64,000 nt of DNA from an uncultured Alphaproteobacteria bacterium (GTDB lineage: Bacteria; Pseudomonadota; Alphaproteobacteria; HIMB59; GCA-002718135). The DNA lies in assembly GCA_902623255.1 (NCBI GenBank), contig CACNSY010000002.1:100408-164407 (forward strand). Direction: 5' to 3'. The first letter of the stretch is position 1. Each line of letters opens with the position of its first letter. Below are positions 50,902-60,915 of the stretch, piece by piece. The translations under genes and the position numbers were made by a program. The notes below the pieces were generated by a model. The model was not told the DNA's origin and searched no databases. It saw nothing but the letters and a program-made list of their open reading frames with translations.

Positions 50902-51573
50902 ATGAAATTTTTAAATAAAATAATATTCTTTTATTATAGAGAGTACAAATTAAACCTAAGTGGCTTTCAAGATATTTTAACAAATATAATTTTTTTTTTC
51001 GTTTCAATATTAATATTCATTTTCTCTATTGGACCAAACAAGGAAATCATTTCTCTAGTAGGTGTAGGCATAGTATGGACTTTATTATTACTAAGTTCAA
51101 CATTGTCCCTAAGAAAGTTTTATCAAGATGACTTTGAGGATGGTAACTTATTAATTTTACATCTAAATGGATTAAGTTTTGGTTTTATTGCTATTTTAAA
51201 AACTTTTTCACATTTCTTTTTTGTACAGGTACCCTTTTTGCTATCAATACCAATTGCTTGCATTTTACTAAATATTGCAAATGATAAACTCATCTACCTA
51301 TCTGCAAGTTTTGGTATAGGATCTCTAATTCTATCCTGCTTAGGCTCGATTTCATCTTCAATGAATTTAATGAATCAAAGAAATTTTCTTCTTGGTAGTG
51401 TCATAGTGATGATATTTAGTGTTCCTGTAATTATTTTTTCAATAGGTATTATTAATATGGAAGAAAGCTTTAATTCTCTTATTAATATATTATTTGGGAT
51501 ATTGTTAATAGTTTTTGCTATAAATCCCTGGGCAAGTGGATTGTGTCTTAAACTTTCAATAGAAAACAATTAA
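50902..51573 (+). CDS. ccmB: heme exporter membrane protein CcmB
   Basis: 223 aa with 6 TM segments, located between ccmA and ccmC. Confidence 0.8.
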   Translation: MKFLNKIIFFYYREYKLNLSGFQDILTNIIFFFVSILIFIFSIGPNKEIISLVGVGIVWTLLLLSSTLSLRKFYQDDFEDGNLLILHLNGLSFGFIAILKTFSHFFFVQVPFLLSIPIACILLNIANDKLIYLSASFGIGSLILSCLGSISSSMNLMNQRNFLLGSVIVMIFSVPVIIFSIGIINMEESFNSLINILFGILLIVFAINPWASGLCLKLSIENN

Positions 51574-51574
51574 T

Positions 51575-52273
51575 ATGAAGTTCTTAGTTAATCCAAGCAA
51601 ATTTAATGAGATTGCTGATTATATATTTAAACCAGTGCTAATTTTATCAATCATATTGTTTGCTTTGGGTTTATTATTTTCTCTAATTATATCTCCAGAT
51701 GATTATCAGCAAGGATCAACGGTTAGAATAATGTATGTACATGTTCCAAGTGCATGGTTAGCTCTACTAACTTATGCAATAATGACTCTTTATAGTATTG
51801 CAGCACTAGCTTTTAGAATACCATTTGGTTTTATTTTTAATACTGCAGTAGCTCCAATAGGAGCAGTTTTTACTCTAATATGTATAGTAAGTGGATCATT
51901 ATGGGGAAAGCCAATGTGGGGTACTTGGTGGGTATGGGATGCACGTTTAACTTCTGTTGCAATACTTTTTATTATTTATTTAATTGTTATTTTTATGAAT
52001 TTATCTTTTGAAAATAGGATTGTAAGAGAAAAAGTTGTTGCAATATTTATTCTTGTAGGATCAGTAAACCTGCCAATAGTTAAATTTTCTGTAGACTGGT
52101 GGAATACCCTGCATCAACCTGCAACAATAAGTAAATTTTCAAAACCTAGTATTGACCCTTCTATGATGACACCCTTAATTATAATGACATTTGCATTTAT
52201 GATGATCGGATTAGCAATCGCTATTTTAAGAATAAAAACAGAGATAATTTCAAGAAAATCCAATCTAGGTTAG
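51575..52273 (+). CDS. ccmC: heme exporter protein CcmC
   Basis: 232 aa with the Trp-rich WWD motif WGTWWVWDARLTS. Confidence 0.9.
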   Translation: MKFLVNPSKFNEIADYIFKPVLILSIILFALGLLFSLIISPDDYQQGSTVRIMYVHVPSAWLALLTYAIMTLYSIAALAFRIPFGFIFNTAVAPIGAVFTLICIVSGSLWGKPMWGTWWVWDARLTSVAILFIIYLIVIFMNLSFENRIVREKVVAIFILVGSVNLPIVKFSVDWWNTLHQPATISKFSKPSIDPSMMTPLIIMTFAFMMIGLAIAILRIKTEIISRKSNLG

Positions 52274-52334
52274 TTTGTGACTTTTAGTCCTTTGGATTAA
52301 GTATCATTCCTAAATATTTTTGTTATTAGATACT

Positions 52335-52439
52335 ATGTATTTCTGGTATGTTTTAGTAGCTTATTTTTTAGCATTTCTTTTAATTTTTTTATTATTATTT
52401 TTTAGTTACTTAAAATTTAAAAAATTAAATAATAAATGA
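52335..52439 (+). CDS. ccmD: heme exporter protein CcmD (34 aa, not in the ORF track)
   Basis: Sequence is MYFWYVLVAYFLAFLLIFLLLFFSYLKFKKLNNK, a single TM helix plus a basic tail as in CcmD. Its TGA overlaps the ATG of ccmE (ATGA), and it occupies the canonical position between ccmC and ccmE. Confidence 0.65.
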   Translation: MYFWYVLVAYFLAFLLIFLLLFFSYLKFKKLNNK

Positions 52440-52876
52440 GTTTACGATTTCAAAGATTGCTCCTGATATTACTTACTTTAGTTATAATATTAATCGCAGT
52501 ATTACTAATTTTATATAATACTAGAGAAAATGTATCATATTTTTACACACCATCTGAAATTGATAAGTCAGAGATCATAATAAATAAAACAATAAGAATA
52601 GGTGGTTTTATAGAAAATGATAGTTTTAATAAAATTTCCTCAAGCTCATTTAAATTTAGAATTACAGATGAAAAAGCATCTATACCTGTTTCTTATAATG
52701 GAATTCTTCCTGATTTATTTAGAGAAGGGCAAGGTGCAGTAATAGAAGGTGCTTTTAATAATAATGATGTTTTTAATGCAACCAATGTTTTTGCTAAGCA
52801 TGATGAAAATTATATGCCAGCATCAATAAAAGAAGATCTGAAAGATACAGGTTATTGGAATAAAAAATATAAATGA
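52436..52876 (+). CDS. ccmE: cytochrome c-type biogenesis heme chaperone CcmE
   Basis: 146 aa with an N-terminal TM anchor and the heme-binding His motif AKHDENYMP. Confidence 0.9.
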   Translation: MSLRFQRLLLILLTLVIILIAVLLILYNTRENVSYFYTPSEIDKSEIIINKTIRIGGFIENDSFNKISSSSFKFRITDEKASIPVSYNGILPDLFREGQGAVIEGAFNNNDVFNATNVFAKHDENYMPASIKEDLKDTGYWNKKYK

Positions 52877-54735
52877 GTTCATTAGTTGGTTTTTTAAGCT
52901 TAGTTTTTGCGATAGGTATTAATTTTTACTTATTTTTATCTAGATACATATTTAAATTTCAAAAACAGAAATTTAATTTATTTATCCGCTTTTCATCCTT
53001 ATTAACTTTGTTATCTTTTTTTTCATTAATGTATGCCTATGTGGTATCTGATTTCTCAAATTATAATGTCTTTCAAAACTCTCACTCAAATAAACCGCTA
53101 ATATATAAAATTTCAGGCACTTGGGGGAATCATGAAGGTTCGATGCTTTTATGGCTTTGTATATTATCTATCTTTAGCTTCTTTTTTTCTTTTACTAAAA
53201 ATATAGAAGATAACTTTCAAAAATTAACTTTGATTATTCAAGCTTTTCTTCATATTTTGTTTGGTTTATTTATAGTTTTTACCTCTAATCCTTTTCTCGT
53301 TAATTCAATATTAGTAAACGAAGGTTTAGGTTTAAATCCCATTTTACAAGATCCTGGGTTGGCTGTTCATCCTCCAATTTTATATGCTGGTTATGTTGGC
53401 TATTCTATAGTTTTCAGTATTGCAATAGCTGGTTTATTTCAAAATACAGATGATGAATGGCTATATGTTGCTAAAAAATGGTCATTAATTAGTTGGACTT
53501 TTTTAACTGGTGGAATAGCTCTAGGTTCATATTGGGCATATTATGAATTAGGATGGGGTGGTTGGTGGTTTTGGGATCCAGTTGAAAATATTTCACTGAT
53601 GCCTTGGATTGCGGGACTTGCATTAGTTCATTCACTCATGATGGTAAGAGGTGAGCAAGCTATTAAAAAATGGATAGTTTTTTTATCAATTCTTTGCTTT
53701 TCATTAAGTGTTTTTGGAACATTTTTGGTAAGATCAGGAATCTTAACAAGTGTACATTCTTTTGCAGCTGATGCTTCTAGAGGGATATTTATATTACTAA
53801 TTTTTTTTATTGTAACTGGATTTGGTTTTTTAGTTTTTTTGTTAAAAGAACCAAAAAAATCAAATGCTTTAAACTTGTTATTTATTAACAAGGTTTCAGC
53901 ACTTGTAATAAATAATATTTTAATGATTATAGCTACCTTAACTATTCTTTTAGGAACTATATACCCAATTATAATTGAAGTTTTGTATAACAAGAGAATA
54001 TCGGTTGGAGGCCCTTATTTTAATTCAACAGTAATTCCTATTATGATCCCTGGTTTTTTATTAATGAGTATTGCACCAATTTTATCCTGGCAAACAAATA
54101 AGATAAATAATTCAAAAAAATATGTTCTAGCTTTTATTATCTTAAGTGTTTTAGTTATACTTCAATCATACTTTTTAGATTTTAATACATGGGGTTTTGT
54201 TGGGTTACTTTTAGGTTTTTGGATAATATTGGCTTCAATTATTGCTATATTTTCTTCGTATAAAATTAAAATTAACATTAAGTTTTTCAAAATAATTAAT
54301 CCTCATGTAGCACATATTGGTGTTGGTATTGCTATAATTGGTATCACTTGTTCTAGTGTTTTTCAAAACGAGCTAGATTTTAACCTTAATGAGGGAGATA
54401 AGTTTAATGTAAATGGAAAAACAGTTTTGTTTGAAAAAATAGAAACAACTGATGAGATTAATTTTCAATCTTTAAGAGGAAAATTTTTGTTTGATATTGA
54501 AAAAAATCAATCAAAAGAAATACAGGCTGGAAAAAATTATTATCCAGTGTCAAAGATGATTACATCTGAAGCTGGTATTTTACATCAGTGGAATAAGGAT
54601 ATATATTTTATCCTTGGTGATCAAAAAAATAATGAGTGGTTTGTAAAAGTTTTAATTAATCCATTTGTTAGTTTTATATGGCTTGGAGTGATAATAATGA
54701 TGTATTCAGGTTTAATAGCAGTTTTTAGAAGATGA
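52873..54735 (+). CDS. ccmF: cytochrome c-type biogenesis heme lyase subunit CcmF
   Basis: 620 aa polytopic protein with the WWD motif WGGWWFWDPVEN. Confidence 0.9.
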   Translation: MSSLVGFLSLVFAIGINFYLFLSRYIFKFQKQKFNLFIRFSSLLTLLSFFSLMYAYVVSDFSNYNVFQNSHSNKPLIYKISGTWGNHEGSMLLWLCILSIFSFFFSFTKNIEDNFQKLTLIIQAFLHILFGLFIVFTSNPFLVNSILVNEGLGLNPILQDPGLAVHPPILYAGYVGYSIVFSIAIAGLFQNTDDEWLYVAKKWSLISWTFLTGGIALGSYWAYYELGWGGWWFWDPVENISLMPWIAGLALVHSLMMVRGEQAIKKWIVFLSILCFSLSVFGTFLVRSGILTSVHSFAADASRGIFILLIFFIVTGFGFLVFLLKEPKKSNALNLLFINKVSALVINNILMIIATLTILLGTIYPIIIEVLYNKRISVGGPYFNSTVIPIMIPGFLLMSIAPILSWQTNKINNSKKYVLAFIILSVLVILQSYFLDFNTWGFVGLLLGFWIILASIIAIFSSYKIKINIKFFKIINPHVAHIGVGIAIIGITCSSVFQNELDFNLNEGDKFNVNGKTVLFEKIETTDEINFQSLRGKFLFDIEKNQSKEIQAGKNYYPVSKMITSEAGILHQWNKDIYFILGDQKNNEWFVKVLINPFVSFIWLGVIIMMYSGLIAVFRR

Positions 54736-55256
54736 ACAGGATATTTATTTTAACACCATTAATAGTACTTTTAATCATATGTATTTTTTCACTAGTTTAT
54801 TTATTAAGTGGTAAAGATCCTAATAAACCACCGAGTGCACTCTTAAATAAAGATGTTCCTATTTTTGAAAGTAGTTCTTTGTATAATGAAAAGGATATAA
54901 TCAAAACAAAAGATATAAAAAATAAGAAGACCTTAATTAATTTTTTTGCTTCTTGGTGTAGTCCTTGTAAAATAGAGCATCCACTTTTTTTTGAAATAGG
55001 TAAAAAATATCCTGAACTATATTTGTTGGGATTTAACCACAAAGATCCTACTTCTGACGCAAAAAAATATTTAAAGGATGATGGAAACCCATACGATTTT
55101 GTTGGTGTAGACTCTGATGGTTTAATTGCATTAGAATTTGGTGTTTTTGGTCTACCAGAAACATATTTAATTAATGAGGATGGTAAAATTATCTATAAAT
55201 TTATGGGTCCGATAACAATGGATATTTTAAAAAATGAAATTGAGCCACTTCTATAA
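54732..55256 (+). CDS. ccmG: periplasmic thiol:disulfide oxidoreductase CcmG/DsbE
   Basis: 174 aa with a TM anchor, the thioredoxin motif WCSPC and the GVFGLPETY motif. Confidence 0.85.
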   Translation: MNRIFILTPLIVLLIICIFSLVYLLSGKDPNKPPSALLNKDVPIFESSSLYNEKDIIKTKDIKNKKTLINFFASWCSPCKIEHPLFFEIGKKYPELYLLGFNHKDPTSDAKKYLKDDGNPYDFVGVDSDGLIALEFGVFGLPETYLINEDGKIIYKFMGPITMDILKNEIEPLL

Positions 55257-55620
55257 ATTTTTACATATAATAATTTTAAGTTTTGTGTTTTTTACTATAA
55301 AAATATTTGCAGTTGAAAATATTGATGAGAGAGTAAAGAAATTAACCTTAGAGTTGCGATGTATGACTTGTCAAAATCAAAGTATTTACGACTCGGACGC
55401 AGAATTCTCAAATGATATTAAAAAAATAGTTAAACAAAAGTTACAAGAAGGGCAAAGTGAGCTGGATATTAAGATATTTTTAGTTGAAAGATATGGTGAA
55501 TACATTCTTTTTAGACCATTAATGAATTATAATAATATCTTTCTTTGGAGTTTTCCTTTTATATTGCTAATAATTGGCTTATTTTTTGTACTAATTAAGA
55601 CTAAAAGAAACAAGGCCTGA
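55234..55620 (+). CDS. ccmH: cytochrome c-type biogenesis protein CcmH
   Basis: 128 aa with the LRCMTCQNQSI motif (LRCxxCQ) and a C-terminal TM helix. It overlaps ccmG by 23 nt. Confidence 0.85.
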   Translation: MKLSHFYKFLHIIILSFVFFTIKIFAVENIDERVKKLTLELRCMTCQNQSIYDSDAEFSNDIKKIVKQKLQEGQSELDIKIFLVERYGEYILFRPLMNYNNIFLWSFPFILLIIGLFFVLIKTKRNKA

Positions 55621-55696
55621 ACAATTTATTTTGTTTTTTTTTATTTAGCTTATATGGTTCCTCTATAATTTAGAAATACTTCTTTAAGGAGGAAAC

Positions 55697-56530
55697 GTGA
55701 AAAAAATTTTAATATACTTATTATCAGTTGGTATTTTTGGAATTACTTCAATTGCAAATTCACAAACTATAAGAATTGGCACAGAAGGTGCTTATCCGCC
55801 ATGGAATAATCTTAACTCGGCCGGCGAGTTAGAAGGTGCTGAAATAGATTTTGGTAACGAAGCATGTGAACGAATGGGTGTAACTTGCGAATGGGTAACA
55901 CAAGACTGGGATGGAATTATACCGGCTCTTCTACAAGGTAAATATGACATTATTATTGCTGGAATGTCTATTACTGAAGAAAGAAAAGAAAAAGTAAATT
56001 TTACAACTGGATATATGACTGACGGTGCAAGATTTGCTGTATTAAAAAATAGTGGTTTAGCAAATTTAAATATTGCAGGAATGGCAAAAGTTAATTTAAA
56101 TAATGCTGGTGGAAAAGAACAGGCTGCTATTGGTCAGTTAATTGCAGCAATGGATGGTAAAACTGTATGTGTTCAATCTTCTACAATTCACCAAAATTTT
56201 CTAGAAAAACACATGTCTGGTGCTGTAGATGTTAAATTGTATCAGGCTGTTGACGATCATAATTTAGATTTAGCTGCTGGAAGATGTGATGCAGTTCTAG
56301 CTGATGTAGGATCGATTATTGATTTTATGGAGTCTGATGGTGGTGTTGATGTTGCTTTTACTGGCCCAACTTTTTCTGGTGGTGTCTTTGGAGATGGCGT
56401 TGGTGGAGCGGTTAGAAAAGAAGATACAGAAATCCTAGAGATGTGGAATGCTGCTATTGCTGAAATGTCTAAAGATGGAACTACCGCTGAAATAACAAAG
56501 GAATGGTTTGGTAGAGATATCTCTATGTAA
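55697..56530 (+). CDS. ABC transporter periplasmic substrate-binding protein, family 3 (polar amino acid/opine type)
   Basis: 277 aa with a signal peptide and IRIGTEGAYPPWN ... DIIIAGMSIT..R typical of HisJ/OccT-like binding proteins. It has a GTG start preceded by the strong SD TAAGGAGG. No permease or ATPase genes are adjacent. Confidence 0.8.
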   Translation: MKKILIYLLSVGIFGITSIANSQTIRIGTEGAYPPWNNLNSAGELEGAEIDFGNEACERMGVTCEWVTQDWDGIIPALLQGKYDIIIAGMSITEERKEKVNFTTGYMTDGARFAVLKNSGLANLNIAGMAKVNLNNAGGKEQAAIGQLIAAMDGKTVCVQSSTIHQNFLEKHMSGAVDVKLYQAVDDHNLDLAAGRCDAVLADVGSIIDFMESDGGVDVAFTGPTFSGGVFGDGVGGAVRKEDTEILEMWNAAIAEMSKDGTTAEITKEWFGRDISM

Positions 56531-56550
56531 ATCTTTTATTGTTTTAATAA

Positions 56551-56577
56551 AAGCGGTCTTTTAGGCCGCTTTTTTTT
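56551..56577 (+). terminator. rho-independent terminator
   Basis: AAGCGGTC-TTTTA-GGCCGCTT followed by a T-tract, 21 nt after the stop codon of the binding-protein gene. Confidence 0.75.
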
Positions 56578-56628
56578 GATTAAAATATAACCATCATGCA
56601 TAATATAAATTAAATAAAAAATTATATA

Positions 56629-56910
56629 ATGAACTCTCTTTTGTATTTAATTATTCAAATCATAAACTTATTTCAATTTGTTCTTATAATTTATATAATT
56701 ATTACTTGGCTTGTTAATTTTAATATAATTAATACAGGTAATCGGTTTGTTTATAGCATCATAGATGCTTTATACCGATTATGTGAACCAAGTTTAAATT
56801 TTGTAAGAAGATATTTACCTACTTTTGGTGCAATAGATTTATCACCAATAGTTGTTTATCTGGGTTTGTGGTTTATTAAAAGTTTATTAATTGAGTATTG
56901 GCCTAGATAA
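56629..56910 (+). CDS. yggT: YggT-family membrane protein
   Basis: 93 aa with two TM segments flanking a basic loop that contains a P....R..P....D.SP pattern typical of YggT. Confidence 0.7.
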   Translation: MNSLLYLIIQIINLFQFVLIIYIIITWLVNFNIINTGNRFVYSIIDALYRLCEPSLNFVRRYLPTFGAIDLSPIVVYLGLWFIKSLLIEYWPR

Positions 56911-56912
56911 TC

Positions 56913-57788
56913 ATGCCACATATATTAGATGGAAAAAAAGTAGCACAAAAATTGAAGGAACAATTAAAAGTTGAAATAGATAATATAAAATTAAAATTCA
57001 AACGTGTTCCCGGACTAGCTGTAATACAAGTAGGAAATGTTGCTGCAAGTAGCGTCTATGTTAAAGCTAAAACAAAGGCTGCAAATGAAGTGGGGATAAA
57101 TGTATTTGATCATCATTTAAAAGATACTATTGAACAAGGTGAGCTTTTAAATTTGATAAATCAATTAAATAATCATAATGATGTTGATGGAATACTTGTA
57201 CAACTTCCTTTGCCTAAAAGTTTTAATGAACAGAAAATCTTAGATAGTATTACACCTGAAAAGGATGCTGATGGTTTTCATCCAATAAATGTTGGTAAAC
57301 TTTCAATAAGTCAAAAAAATGATGAAAATCTTCTAATACCCTGCACACCATTTGGATGCTTATTATTACTAAAAGAATTAAATATTGACCTAGTTGGTAA
57401 AAATGCTGTCGTAATTGGTAGATCAAATATTGTTGGCAAACCTATGGCTCAACTATTGATTAAAGAGTCTTGTACTGTAACAATCGTACACTCAAAAACA
57501 GTTGATATTGAAAAAATTTGTAAAAAAGCTGATATATTAATAGCTGCTATTGGAAAACCTGAGTTAGTTAATAAAAATTGGGTGAAAGATGGTGCAATCG
57601 TAATTGATGTAGGTATAAATAGGATTAAGCTAAATGAAAATAAATCAAAATTAGTAGGAGATGTTTTTTTTAACGAAGTTAAAGAAAATACTATGGCAAT
57701 ATCTCCTGTACCTGGGGGTGTAGGTCCCATGACAATTGCTTGCCTCTTGAGAAACACTACAACTTCATGCAAAAATAGATTGGCTTAA
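56913..57788 (+). CDS. folD: bifunctional methylenetetrahydrofolate dehydrogenase/cyclohydrolase
   Basis: 291 aa with ILDGKKVA, VQLPLP, VIGRSNIVGKP and PVPGGVGPMT motifs. Confidence 0.95.
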   Translation: MPHILDGKKVAQKLKEQLKVEIDNIKLKFKRVPGLAVIQVGNVAASSVYVKAKTKAANEVGINVFDHHLKDTIEQGELLNLINQLNNHNDVDGILVQLPLPKSFNEQKILDSITPEKDADGFHPINVGKLSISQKNDENLLIPCTPFGCLLLLKELNIDLVGKNAVVIGRSNIVGKPMAQLLIKESCTVTIVHSKTVDIEKICKKADILIAAIGKPELVNKNWVKDGAIVIDVGINRIKLNENKSKLVGDVFFNEVKENTMAISPVPGGVGPMTIACLLRNTTTSCKNRLA

Positions 57789-57789
57789 T

Positions 57790-58641
57790 TTAATTAGAAC
57801 TAATTTTATTAATATGTTCCAAAAAAACATCTACTGTAATTTTTTTTCTAGCTTCTTCACAATGACTACATAATTTTTTATATTCTCCGCATGGAGATAA
57901 TTCACTTTCATAATATATATTTTCATGAAAATCGTAACCAACTGCTTCAGGAGTTATCCAACCTCCAAAATATAAAACTGCTTTTTTGTTTAAAGCTGCA
58001 GCAGCATGACCAAATCCACCTTCCGGACCGACATAAAAATCAACTTCATTTAAAACTGCACAAGCTAAACGAAAATTCATATTTTTAGGATTAAAAACAT
58101 TTACATTTCGTTTGCTTTCATCGTGTATTGATTGAATAATTAAATAATCTTTTCTAAGTTTATTGATTAACTCTTTCCAATTGTCATATCCCCAATCTTT
58201 ATTTTTGTGTTTAATACCAAATTGTTTATTGTTTATTTTTGTAGAGGATGTTTCTAAAAAAATTATATTTCTATATTTTTTTTTGTTTGTATTTTTCCAA
58301 TATTCAATTGCTTCAGAAATTATTTTTTTAGCACCTAATTTTTCTTCTTTAGTAAAAAAAATTTGTCCTGGCTGTAATTTACACTTTCTCCATACATATT
58401 TTGTATTAGTACTTTTAATATAATCAATATACGGTCTATTATATTGATGATAATCTATTATATGTGTTTTTTTATTAGCATCGAGCTTCCTACAATCTGA
58501 TATGTTTGGATTATTTTCATAAACCAGTGAGTGATAAGCCTGTTTTTCAGAAGAGTTTCCAATAATAATTTGTCTATCTGGATACTGTTTTTTAATTTTT
58601 GATGCTAATGCAGTAACCATAAAATCATCACCATAGCCCAT
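57790..58641 (-). CDS. glycosyltransferase family 9 (heptosyltransferase-like) protein, short form
   Basis: 283 aa with an N-terminal GDDFMVT..A..IKKQYPD resembling the GT9 GDxxxxxP...LK..YP motif, and a C-terminal GPEGGFGHAAAAL region. It lacks the first beta-strand residues usually seen before the GD motif. Confidence 0.5.
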   Translation of the reverse strand: MGYGDDFMVTALASKIKKQYPDRQIIIGNSSEKQAYHSLVYENNPNISDCRKLDANKKTHIIDYHQYNRPYIDYIKSTNTKYVWRKCKLQPGQIFFTKEEKLGAKKIISEAIEYWKNTNKKKYRNIIFLETSSTKINNKQFGIKHKNKDWGYDNWKELINKLRKDYLIIQSIHDESKRNVNVFNPKNMNFRLACAVLNEVDFYVGPEGGFGHAAAALNKKAVLYFGGWITPEAVGYDFHENIYYESELSPCGEYKKLCSHCEEARKKITVDVFLEHINKISSN

Positions 58642-58644
58642 AAA

Positions 58645-59835
58645 TTAGTGATTTCTGTTTTTTAGTCTTATTGAATTTATTTTTATAAATCCTTCAGCAT
58701 CTTTTTGATTATAATCACCTGCCTCATCAAATGAAACAAGGGAATTATCATAAAGGCTATTATTAGATTTTCTTCCTAATATAATTACATTTCCTTTAAA
58801 AACTTTAAGCCTAACTTCTCCATTTACTTTGGCTTGAGTTGAATCAATCAAACTTTGCATTGCCAATCTTTCAGATGAAAACCAGAAGCCATTATAAATT
58901 ATTTCAGAATATTTTGGCATGATCTCATCTTTAAGATGAGCCTCTCCCTTATCTAATGTTATGCTCTCAATAGCTTTTCTTGCATTAATTAATATTGTTC
59001 CTCCAGGAGTTTCATAAATTCCCCTTGATTTCATTCCAACAAATCTATTTTCCACAAGGTCCACTCTTCCAATACCATGTTTGCCGGCTATTGAATTTAA
59101 TTTTGCTAAAAGCTCGTGTGGCTTTAAATTATCATTATCTATTGAGACAGGATCACCATTTTTAAATTCTATTATTAGTTCTTCTGCTTTATCTGGAGAA
59201 TCTTCGATACTACTAGTTCTTGAGAAAACATACTCGGGTGGCTCAATCCAAGGATCCTCAAGAAGCTTACCTTCTGAAGACGTATGTAAAAGATTTGCAT
59301 CGGTGCTAAATGGAGGTTCGCCCATTTTATCTTTCGGAACTGTAATCTGATTTTTTTCTGCATATTCAATTAGATCTTTTCTGCTTTGGAATTCCCAATT
59401 CCTCCAAGGTGCTATAACTTCAATTTTAGGATTATTTGCATAATAACCTAATTCAAATCTAACTTGATCATTACCTTTGCCAGTAGCACCATGAGCTACA
59501 GCATCAGCTCCAACGATTTTTGCAATTTCAATTTGTCTTTTTGCTATCAAAGGTCTTGCTATAGCTGTACCTAATAAATATGTTCCTTCGTAAAGAGTAT
59601 TTGCCCTGAACATTGGAAAAACATAATCCCTAACGAATTCTTCTTGTAAATCTTCAATGAATATTTCATCTACACCTAAATTTTTTGCTTTAGCCTCAAT
59701 TGGTGAAATCTCATCTCCTTGACCTATATCAGCTGTGAATGTAACTACTGGGCATTCATATTTATTTTGAAGCCACTTAAGAATTACACTAGTATCTAAT
59801 CCACCAGAATATGCTAAAACAATTTTTTTAGGCAT
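58645..59835 (-). CDS. argG: argininosuccinate synthase
   Basis: 396 aa with the ATP motif AYSGGLDTS and a full-length type-I ArgG layout. Confidence 0.95.
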   Translation of the reverse strand: MPKKIVLAYSGGLDTSVILKWLQNKYECPVVTFTADIGQGDEISPIEAKAKNLGVDEIFIEDLQEEFVRDYVFPMFRANTLYEGTYLLGTAIARPLIAKRQIEIAKIVGADAVAHGATGKGNDQVRFELGYYANNPKIEVIAPWRNWEFQSRKDLIEYAEKNQITVPKDKMGEPPFSTDANLLHTSSEGKLLEDPWIEPPEYVFSRTSSIEDSPDKAEELIIEFKNGDPVSIDNDNLKPHELLAKLNSIAGKHGIGRVDLVENRFVGMKSRGIYETPGGTILINARKAIESITLDKGEAHLKDEIMPKYSEIIYNGFWFSSERLAMQSLIDSTQAKVNGEVRLKVFKGNVIILGRKSNNSLYDNSLVSFDEAGDYNQKDAEGFIKINSIRLKNRNH

Positions 59836-60309
59836 TTAACACTCTTCAGTTAATTTATTATAAGCTGCAGTAAATCCATTAAGTGTGTATATGTCATTTG
59901 TTACAGTGCCTCTAGAAGACTCACCCCTAACTTTAAGCTCAAGTCCTTTTTTCATTGCAAAAATAACTTTATTATCTTCTTCTGTCCAAGCGGCGGTAGG
60001 CACGTCTTCAGTTGTATAAAATTTGTATTCTCCATTATCAATATTTATAATTATATCAGATGGAACTTTATAATTATAACCTGCTTCTATCTGTACCACT
60101 GTTTCTGGATTGCCAATGTTTTTATAAACCAAAACGTAGAAGTTTCCTCTCTTCTTATCACTGGGTAAATCTGACTCTATTGCTAAGCTGCCAATATAAC
60201 AATACTCATCAGCTTTCTCAAAAGACCATTTACCAACTTCTAGCGCCATTAAAGTACTAGGAAGTGCTACATATAGCACTATTAAAAACTTAAGAAAAAT
60301 TTTCATCAA
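59836..60309 (-). CDS. secreted hypothetical protein (possibly IalB-like)
   Basis: 157 aa with a clear signal peptide (LIVLYVALPSTLMA). The mature part has an early Cys (EYCY) and a C-terminal Cys. The family assignment is tentative. Confidence 0.45.
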   Translation of the reverse strand: MMKIFLKFLIVLYVALPSTLMALEVGKWSFEKADEYCYIGSLAIESDLPSDKKRGNFYVLVYKNIGNPETVVQIEAGYNYKVPSDIIINIDNGEYKFYTTEDVPTAAWTEEDNKVIFAMKKGLELKVRGESSRGTVTNDIYTLNGFTAAYNKLTEEC

Positions 60310-60378
60310 TACCTTCTTTTAGTATATCTTATGCAATTAGTTAAGAGCGTTTAATCAATGTTAAGGTCTTTTTAAATT

Positions 60379-60915
60379 ATGGAAAAATCAAACTTAAATA
60401 ACTTGATGAAACAGATTCAAAAAGACCGCGACGAAATGGCTTTTTCACAAATTTTTGATTTTTTTGCCCCTAAAGTTAACGCCTATTTTATTCAAAATAG
60501 GATCAAGTTTGAAAGCTCTGAAGAGCTAACACAAGAGGTCTTAAGTACTGTTTGGGTAAAATCACATCTATATGATTCATCAAAATCAGCACTTTCAACA
60601 TGGATATTTACTATTGCTAGAAACAAAAAAATAGACTTTTTAAGGAAAAATTCAAAAATAAACTTTAAAGAAGAAGATATAAGAGAATTTTTGTACCAAG
60701 ATAGAGAAATTGACCTCATTGAAGAAAATGAGGCAAAAAAACAAATAGAAAGAATAAATAATGAGCTCGATGAACAGCAAAAAATAATGATTAAAATGAA
60801 CTTTTTTGAAAACAAAAGTCATAAAAAAATTGCAGATGAGCTTGAAATTCCATTAGGGACAGTTAAATCAAGAATAAGGCATATTTTAACGAAAATGCAG
60901 GAATTTTTAAGATGA
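60379..60915 (+). CDS. ECF-type RNA polymerase sigma factor (RpoE-like)
   Basis: 178 aa with region 2 (EELTQEVLSTVWVK...STWIFTIARNKKIDFLRK) and region 4 (SHKKIADELEIPLGTVKSRI). It overlaps the downstream anti-sigma gene by 4 nt. Confidence 0.85.
   Translation: MEKSNLNNLMKQIQKDRDEMAFSQIFDFFAPKVNAYFIQNRIKFESSEELTQEVLSTVWVKSHLYDSSKSALSTWIFTIARNKKIDFLRKNSKINFKEEDIREFLYQDREIDLIEENEAKKQIERINNELDEQQKIMIKMNFFENKSHKKIADELEIPLGTVKSRIRHILTKMQEFLR

Noticed and set aside
57790-58641. The GT9-like glycosyltransferase as a 5'-truncated pseudogene.
   Set aside because: The 283-aa frame is intact and starts 3 nt after the argG stop codon, in the usual tightly coupled arrangement. It lacks only a few N-terminal residues relative to typical GT9 proteins, so a short functional form is equally likely.
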